This document shows, piece by piece, positions 55,318 through 60,575 of a DNA stretch of 60,575 nt (positions are counted from its first letter, which is position 1; each line of letters starts with the position of its first letter). The stretch spans positions 1 through 60,575 of the forward strand of contig CALWDR010000136.1 of NCBI GenBank assembly GCA_944376745.1, read 5' to 3'. A program made the translations under genes and the position numbers. The notes under the pieces are model-generated. The model made no database searches. It had not been told where the DNA came from and saw only the letters and a list, made by a program, of their open reading frames with translations. The DNA is from an uncultured Lachnospiraceae bacterium (GTDB lineage: Bacteria > Bacillota > Clostridia > Lachnospirales > Lachnospiraceae).

Positions 55318-56152
55318 ATTAGGAGAAAAGCAGACCCTTACGGTGGTGAAGCGGGTGGAGTTCGGCGTTTATCTGGCCGAGGATCAGAGAGAGGAGCAGC
55401 GGGTGCTTCTGCCCGGAAGACAGGTGCCGAAGGATACCGGAATCGGGGACCTTCTGGAGGTGTTCATCTACCGGGATTCCAGGGACAGGCTGATCGCCAC
55501 CCGGGAGACGCCCCGGCTTATGATGGGACAACTGGCGGCCCTCCGGGTGGTCTCGGTCCAGAAGATCGGCGCGTTTCTGGACTGGGGCTTGGAGAAGGAT
55601 TTATTTCTCCCCTACAAGGAGCAGGAGGGGAGGATCCGGGAGGGGGATGAGGTGCTGGTGCGGCTCTACATCGACAAGAGCAGCCGCCTCTGCGCCAGCA
55701 TGAAGGGACTTTATGAGCTGTTGTCTTCGGATTCCCCCTACGAGGCCGGGCAGAGAGTGGAGGGCCGCGTATACGAGTTCAGCGACAACTTCGGCGCCTT
55801 TGTGGCGGTGGATGACAGGTATTCGGCTCTGGTGCCCCGTCACGAGGACCACAGCTTTCTTCGCATCGGGGACGTGATTCAGGCGCGGATCACAGAGGTA
55901 AAGCCCGACGGGAAGCTGACCCTGACCCTCAGGGAGAAGGCCCATCTGCAGATGGAGGAGGACGCCGGACAGATTCTCAGGGAGCTAAAGGAGCGGGGAG
56001 GCACGCTGCCCTTCAGCGACAAGGCGTCTCCGGAGCTGATCCTGCGGGAGATGAAGATGAGCAAAGGCGCCTTCAAGCGGGCGGTGGGCCGTCTGTACAA
56101 AGAGCGCAGGATTGAGATCACGGAGGATGCGATCCGCCTGCGGAGAGACTGA
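55310..56152 (+). CDS. cvfB: CvfB family S1-domain RNA-binding protein
   Basis: MIRLGEKQTLTVVKRVEFGVYL, repeated S1-like segments and a C-terminal winged helix (KGAFKRAVGRLYKERRI). Confidence 0.85.
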   Translation: MIRLGEKQTLTVVKRVEFGVYLAEDQREEQRVLLPGRQVPKDTGIGDLLEVFIYRDSRDRLIATRETPRLMMGQLAALRVVSVQKIGAFLDWGLEKDLFLPYKEQEGRIREGDEVLVRLYIDKSSRLCASMKGLYELLSSDSPYEAGQRVEGRVYEFSDNFGAFVAVDDRYSALVPRHEDHSFLRIGDVIQARITEVKPDGKLTLTLREKAHLQMEEDAGQILRELKERGGTLPFSDKASPELILREMKMSKGAFKRAVGRLYKERRIEITEDAIRLRRD

Positions 56153-56267
56153 TGTCTGCGGGGGACGCGGTCCGCCTGCAAAGAGACTGATGTCTGCGGG
56201 GGACGTGATCTGCCTGCAAAGAGACTGATGTCTGCGGGGGATTTGGTCCGCCTGCAAAGAGATGATG
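56133..56267 (+). repeat. Tandem repeat, 38-bp unit, about 3.5 copies, starting at the last codons and stop of cvfB and running into the trxB leader
   Basis: Units start at 56133, 56171 and 56209, with a partial unit at 56247. Each full unit contains an overlapping stop-start TGATG. Confidence 0.9.
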
Positions 56268-56284
56268 AAAAAGGAGAAGAAGAC

Positions 56285-57196
56285 ATGTATGATGTGATTA
56301 TAATAGGAAGCGGGCCCGCCGGACTGGCGGCGGCCATCTACGGACAGCGGGCAAGGCTTGACACTCTGGTCATTGAGAAGCAGCCCATGAGCGGCGGGCA
56401 GATCTTAAACACCTACGAGGTGGACAATTATCCCGGACTGCCGGGGTTGGGAGGCTTTGAGCTGGGTATGAAGCTGCGGGCCCATGCGGATTCCATGGAG
56501 GCGGTGTTTGTCCAGGAGGAGGTGGAGAAGGTCCAGCGGGCGGAGGACTACTGGCAGGTGGTCACTGACCGGGAAACCTACGAGACGAAGACGGTAGTGT
56601 TTGCCACCGGGGCGGACCACCGGAAGCTGAACGTGCCCGGGGAGGAGGCCCTGACCGGCATGGGAGTTTCCTACTGCGCCACCTGCGACGGGGCCTTTTT
56701 CCGGGATAAGGTGACCGCCGTGGTGGGCGGCGGCGACGTGGCCCTGGAGGACGCCCTCTTTCTGGCCAGGTTCTGCAAAAAGGTGTATCTCATTCACCGC
56801 AGGGACCGGCTGCGGGGCGCGAAGACCCTCCAGGAGAAGGTCTTTGCCGCGGAGAAGATCGAGGTGCTCTGGGACAGCCAGGTGGAGGAGATCCTTGGAC
56901 AGGAGCAGGTGGAAAAGATCCGCGTTTATAATAAGAAGGAGGAGGCGCGCCGGGAGCTTCCCGTGGACGGCGTGTTCATCGCGGTGGGAATCTCCCCCAA
57001 CACCCGGCTTGCCCAGGGCGTGGCAGAGCTTGACGCGGGCGGCTACATCGTGGCCGGGGAGGATGGAAGGACCAGCGCGCCCGGCATTTTTGCCGCCGGG
57101 GACGTGCGGACCAAGCAGCTTCGCCAGGTGATCACGGCGGCGGCGGACGGGGCCAACGTGATCACCTCCGTGGAAAATTATCTCTATGGACTGTAA
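56285..57196 (+). CDS. trxB: Thioredoxin-disulfide reductase
   Basis: MYDVIIIGSGPAGLAAAIY, redox site CATCDG, GGGDVALEDALFL and FAAGDV. Confidence 0.9.
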   Translation: MYDVIIIGSGPAGLAAAIYGQRARLDTLVIEKQPMSGGQILNTYEVDNYPGLPGLGGFELGMKLRAHADSMEAVFVQEEVEKVQRAEDYWQVVTDRETYETKTVVFATGADHRKLNVPGEEALTGMGVSYCATCDGAFFRDKVTAVVGGGDVALEDALFLARFCKKVYLIHRRDRLRGAKTLQEKVFAAEKIEVLWDSQVEEILGQEQVEKIRVYNKKEEARRELPVDGVFIAVGISPNTRLAQGVAELDAGGYIVAGEDGRTSAPGIFAAGDVRTKQLRQVITAAADGANVITSVENYLYGL

Positions 57197-57271
57197 GAAA
57201 AAATATACTGTGGCCAGGCCGATATGAAAGAATGTCTGCGCTGGCACACAATGCCGCCAATTCACAGCAAT

Positions 57272-57318
57272 AAAAAGAAAGCCCGCGCAAATTTATTTGC
57301 GGAAGGGCTTTCTTTTTA
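57272..57318. terminator. Bidirectional intrinsic terminator between convergent trxB and the Rpn-family gene
   Basis: AAAAAGAAAGCCC..GCAAAT-ttat-TTGC..GGGCTTTCTTTTT. Confidence 0.8.
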
Positions 57319-57342
57319 TTGCCTGGCCGTCTGAGCTGTTGC

Positions 57343-58356
57343 TCAGATTCCATATTTTGTAAACAGTTCCTGCTGATAGGCCCTGTCTGATACGGCCCGC
57401 TCGATCTCCTCCATGCGGCAGTCCTTTATCAGACGCTGGATCAAAAGATTCACCCGTTCTTCTCCGATCTTGATTCCCTGATCCTGCCCCAGCTTAATTC
57501 CCTGGTCCTTGCCCAACTTGATTCCCTGACTAATGCCTTCCTCTCTGATCTGCCGAAATGCCGTGCACATATTGTATCCGCCTCCTTCTTTGTTTCGGAA
57601 TTGCTCCTTTTTCTCTGCCAGATCCAATTCTCTGTCTTCAAAAAATGTGGCTAACAGCTCAAAGGTTTCCTCGCTCACATTGGAGAATTCCGCGCTGTTC
57701 TGCTCCACATATCGCTCCATCTCTTTCCCTCTCCCGGAATAGGGTAATAGCTCAAACACCTGTTTAAGCCCGGTGCGGAAATGTCCGGGCACCACATTTC
57801 CGGCATGCACCAGATTCATCCTGTAATCGGATATATAGTTATAAATCCATGCTTCCGTTCCTGGAATGTCCAGCAGGTCGAACAGCCGGGTGCTTCCGTC
57901 CCAAATATTCTCCCCATAGTAAAATACAAAGTTCACAATGGGTACCAACCGTTCTCCCTTTTTTATGCCGGACAGAAATTCATCCCCCGGCTTGAGCGCC
58001 TTTTCCTGCCTGTTCTTTAACCTTCTGGCTCTCAGTTGCTCTCCATAGCCGCCGGCCTCGTACCCCATTTCCCGGATGACCATGCCGTAATCCACAAAGC
58101 TCTGGTTTTCTGTCCCAAGAATAACCCGGAAAATCATTTTTTCTCTTTGGGAAAACGCAGCCTCAAATATCACGTCCCGCACCCGTTCCAGCCGCAGAAC
58201 GTTGCCCTTGCGTCCCGGAAGCTCCAGCGCCATACCCTCCGGCAGCCTTGTCAGCATCCGGGGCTTAAGCCTCTGACGTCCCTCAAATAATACCCCGTTT
58301 ATAAAATCACAGAAAATGTGGGGCTTCTGCATCTGCCGCTTGACAGGTGCATCCAT
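57343..58356 (-). CDS. Rpn family recombination-promoting nuclease/putative transposase (PD-(D/E)XK, YhgA-like)
   Basis: Core FRVILGTENQSFVDYGMVIR (E-x-Q), a typical C-terminal repeat EGISQGIKLGKDQGIKLGQDQGIKIGEE, and 337 aa. GC content is somewhat lower than in the neighbouring genes. Confidence 0.75.
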   Translation of the reverse strand: MDAPVKRQMQKPHIFCDFINGVLFEGRQRLKPRMLTRLPEGMALELPGRKGNVLRLERVRDVIFEAAFSQREKMIFRVILGTENQSFVDYGMVIREMGYEAGGYGEQLRARRLKNRQEKALKPGDEFLSGIKKGERLVPIVNFVFYYGENIWDGSTRLFDLLDIPGTEAWIYNYISDYRMNLVHAGNVVPGHFRTGLKQVFELLPYSGRGKEMERYVEQNSAEFSNVSEETFELLATFFEDRELDLAEKKEQFRNKEGGGYNMCTAFRQIREEGISQGIKLGKDQGIKLGQDQGIKIGEERVNLLIQRLIKDCRMEEIERAVSDRAYQQELFTKYGI

Positions 58357-58400
58357 TTTCCTCTCTCTCCTGGCGATAAAAATCCCTCCCTTTCATCGTC

Positions 58401-58433
58401 CCTGCCGAATGGCATCCAGGGATACCGGCAGGG
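58401..58433 (-). promoter_or_regulatory. Third copy of the GGCATCCCTGGATGCCATTCGGCAG-type motif, upstream of the Rpn-family gene in the same relative orientation
   Basis: The minus strand reads CCCTGCCGGTATCCCTGGATGCCATTCGGCAGG. It has 1 mismatch over 27 nt versus 8422-8448. It lies about 45 nt upstream of the start codon. Confidence 0.75.
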
Positions 58434-58750
58434 TGTTTCTGGCTGGAATAGGATTTTATCCGAAGGTCCATAACTATTATATCATCCCGAACGCGGACTG
58501 TTCAAGAATTATTTCACCTGCCGCCTGCTTGCTGTTTTACTGCCCGCAAAGCGTCCGCTGGGAAAACGGATGGGACAAAAACCTGTTCCTGAGCCTGTTT
58601 GAATGTTAGTGATACACGGGCTGAAGCAGCCCTGAACGGCCGTAGGTACTTATCGGCCATAGATTACGGAAAAAGACAGTACAAAGTACGTTTCTCCGAA
58701 ATGTATCCTTATCGTAGCAGAAATTTTACGAAAATGCAAGAAAAATATTT

Positions 58751-58767
58751 TGTAACAAGTTTGTAAA
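58751..58767 (+). promoter_or_regulatory. WalR-type direct repeat candidate (TGTWAH-N5-TGTWAH)
   Basis: TGTAAC-aagtt-TGTAAA lies 10 nt upstream of the -35 of the NlpC/P60 gene promoter. Confidence 0.5.
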
Positions 58768-58776
58768 AATTGGTGC

Positions 58777-58805
58777 TTGACAGGCGGGGACCCCTTTGCT
58801 ATAAT
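58777..58805 (+). promoter_or_regulatory. Consensus sigma-70-type promoter of the SH3b-NlpC/P60 gene
   Basis: TTGACA (58777-58782), 17-nt spacer, TATAAT (58800-58805). Confidence 0.75.
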
Positions 58806-58870
58806 AGCTCTGTAATGTATTTAACAAATTCGTAACAAATGGCAGTAAGAAAGGCAACTGGGAGGTTCTC

Positions 58871-60103
58871 ATGAATAGAAATTCAATTCGGACGAAGGTA
58901 AGAATCGTAACCTGCTGCATGGCGGGCACAATGATGTTAAGCGGGAGTTCGTTTGTGTCTCACGCGGCGGTGACGGCAGGGGCGTCCAGCTTCGCGGCTA
59001 TTGTGGCGGAGACTCCGGTGAAGAGCGATTCCGCTTCAGGCGTTTCCTTAAGCCTGGCAGAGTATCTGGTGGCGAAGGCCAATGAGGCCGTGGAGGCCCA
59101 GGCGGCTGCAGCTGCTGCCGCGACGCAGGTGGAGGAGAACGAGACGCCGGTGGTCAAGTCCGAATTTGCGGATATTGGTGTATCCAACGTATCAGAGGAT
59201 TCTTATATTAATATCAGAAGCGCGGCGACCACGGAGAGCGAGGTCGTGGGCAAGCTTTACAGCCAGTCCGCAGTGACTGTTTTGGGCACCGAGGGAGAGT
59301 GGTATCAGATCCACTCGGGCAACTGCGAGGGCTATATCAAAATGGATTATATCATCACCGGCGACGAGGAGCTGGCCAAGTCCATCAGCACCAGGACCGC
59401 CGTGGTGAATGTTGACAGTCTGAATATCCGGGATAATATGTCCACGGAAGGAACTGTTTTGGGACAAGTAAACACCGGTGACCGTCTTCTGATCCTGGAA
59501 GAGCTGGATGGATGGGTGAAGGTAGCCACCGACGACGGGGATGGCTACGTGTCCGCCGACTATGTCAGCTGCAAGAATTTCTTCAAGGTAGCGGAGTCCA
59601 GGGAAGAGGAAGAGGCGAGACTGAAGAAGGAAGAGGAGGCCAGAAGGGCCAGGGAGGAATCCAGCCGTTCCAGCTCCAGAACCAGCTCCAGTTCCAAGTC
59701 CAGCTCCAGCAGCTCCTCCGATACCGGATCTGCCAAGACTTATAATCCGCCCTCCGGCGGAAGCGGCCAGTCCGTTGCCAACTACGCCTGCCAGTTCGTG
59801 GGGAACCCCTACGTATACGGCGGCACCAGCCTGACCAATGGCGCCGACTGCTCTGGCTTTGTGATGTCCGTATATGCAGCCTTCGGCGTATCCCTTCCTC
59901 ATTCCTCCAGTGCGTTGAGAAGTGTGGGTTACGGTGTCAGCACATCTGAGATGCAGCCGGGCGATATCGTCTGCTACAGCGGCCATGTGGGGATTTATAT
60001 CGGCGGGAACACCATTGTACACGCCAGCAATCCCTCCGACGGAATCAAATATACGTCTCCGGCCAACTACAAATCCATCCTTGCGGTGAGAAGAATTTTC
60101 TAA
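58871..60103 (+). CDS. Secreted cell-wall hydrolase: two SH3b domains plus a C-terminal NlpC/P60 (C40) peptidase
   Basis: Signal peptide. SH3b segments (YINIRSAATTESEVVGKL..WYQI; LNIRDNMSTEGTVLGQV..WVKV). A charged/Ser-rich linker. YVYGGTSLTNGADCSGFV...GHVGIY...VHAS is a Cys-His-His triad. Confidence 0.9.
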   Translation: MNRNSIRTKVRIVTCCMAGTMMLSGSSFVSHAAVTAGASSFAAIVAETPVKSDSASGVSLSLAEYLVAKANEAVEAQAAAAAAATQVEENETPVVKSEFADIGVSNVSEDSYINIRSAATTESEVVGKLYSQSAVTVLGTEGEWYQIHSGNCEGYIKMDYIITGDEELAKSISTRTAVVNVDSLNIRDNMSTEGTVLGQVNTGDRLLILEELDGWVKVATDDGDGYVSADYVSCKNFFKVAESREEEEARLKKEEEARRAREESSRSSSRTSSSSKSSSSSSSDTGSAKTYNPPSGGSGQSVANYACQFVGNPYVYGGTSLTNGADCSGFVMSVYAAFGVSLPHSSSALRSVGYGVSTSEMQPGDIVCYSGHVGIYIGGNTIVHASNPSDGIKYTSPANYKSILAVRRIF

Positions 60104-60126
60104 TTTGATTCTTTCATAAATAGAGT

Positions 60127-60177
60127 AAAAGAACTGCTTCACTGACCACAGAGAGTCAGGGAGCAGTTCTTTTTTTC
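60127..60177 (+). terminator. Rho-independent terminator
   Basis: AAAAGAACTGCT..ACTGAC-cacagaga-GTCAG..AGCAGTTCTTTT followed by TTTTT. Confidence 0.8.
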
Positions 60178-60417
60178 GTTCTGCAGGAAGGTTCACCGAA
60201 CTTCCCTATAGAAGAAAAGCCGGACTGGCGGGACCGCCCTAGGGCGGCGGCTTCTGTGGGAGAACGCCTGCAGGCTTCCTCGTGGATCAGTAAGAGGAAC
60301 CAGAATGACGGCCTGCAGGCTTCCAACGGACAGGCAGAAGAAACCGGAATAGCAATTTGCACAAAAGGAGAGAAAGGCTGGAAAAAAAGTGTCGAAATTT
60401 GTATTTTCATAAAAAAG

Positions 60418-60488
60418 TTATCCACATAAAAAAGTGCCGTTTTATAGGAAAAATTGAGTTATACACAGAGTTATGCACATTGTCCACA
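60418..60488 (+). promoter_or_regulatory. Cluster of four co-oriented DnaA-box-like 9-mers in AT-rich DNA
   Basis: TTATCCACA (60418-60426, perfect consensus), TTATACACA (60459-60467), TTATGCACA (60471-60479) and TTGTCCACA (60480-60488). Confidence 0.7.
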
Positions 60489-60575
60489 TAAAAGGACGTA
60501 AAAAAAGAGGTTTACATAGGTTGGAATACAAACGGATGTTTTGAGAAAATTGCAGAAAATGTAAAAATATAAGAA

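Noticed and set aside
58316-58609. A 97-aa + strand ORF in the Rpn-NlpC/P60 spacer.
   Set aside because: It overlaps the Rpn gene start and the palindromic motif, has no RBS and has no recognisable family. It is likely spurious.
58806-58870. A cyclic-di-AMP (ydaO-type) riboswitch, which often precedes NlpC/P60 hydrolase genes in Firmicutes.
   Set aside because: The leader between the -10 box and the start codon is only about 65 nt. That is too short for the element (over 100 nt), and I saw no pseudo-symmetric ACGR/CCC-type conserved core.

Overview
This is a high-GC (about 60% by eye) chromosomal segment typical of an anaerobic Firmicutes/Clostridia genome. About 45 of 50 genes lie on the + strand. 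The left edge (1-4015) is a visibly AT-rich island with a type IIS R-M system: a 5-prime-partial methylase with two fused Dam-like domains, an AlwI/BstNBI-family endonuclease and an unknown third gene. It abuts a MATE transporter gene. The rest of the window holds: DUF554, AraC and a URO-D-family gene; a LytTR-DUF3021-ABC operon; an LtaS-like sulfatase; a DUF2975/XRE/membrane cassette; DUF1538 plus tandem P-II; a ROK-regulated glycyl-radical-enzyme locus (activase, C-x-E type GRE, kinase-PMI fusion); a TM1266-like regulator plus HydF; and a housekeeping block (ftsH, uvrC, hprK, M18 aminopeptidase, murB, rapZ, whiA, crh-like HPr, lipid kinase, fba, type III GS). It ends with PBP1A, yigZ, tRNA-Gln(CTG), acyl-ACP thioesterase, cvfB, trxB, an Rpn-family nuclease, an SH3b-NlpC/P60 hydrolase and a DnaA-box cluster at the right edge. 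The best candidate for an undescribed system is at 14356-18551. It is an intact TetM/EF-G-like translational GTPase fused in one ORF to a Rae1/YacP-type NYN endoribonuclease, translationally coupled to a second NYN/LabA-like protein. Upstream of it lie a roughly 180-bp palindromic structured element and two identical copies of a 36-bp promoter-proximal repeat. Three further patterns recur across the window. (i) Five genes have 3-prime ends, including the stop codon, that are tandemly duplicated into the downstream spacer. (ii) Five conserved proteins carry in-frame Gly/Pro/Ala-rich tandem-repeat insertions. (iii) Two families of short palindromic elements sit in the same orientation upstream of unrelated genes. 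All calls come from reading the sequence and ORF translations; no searches were run.
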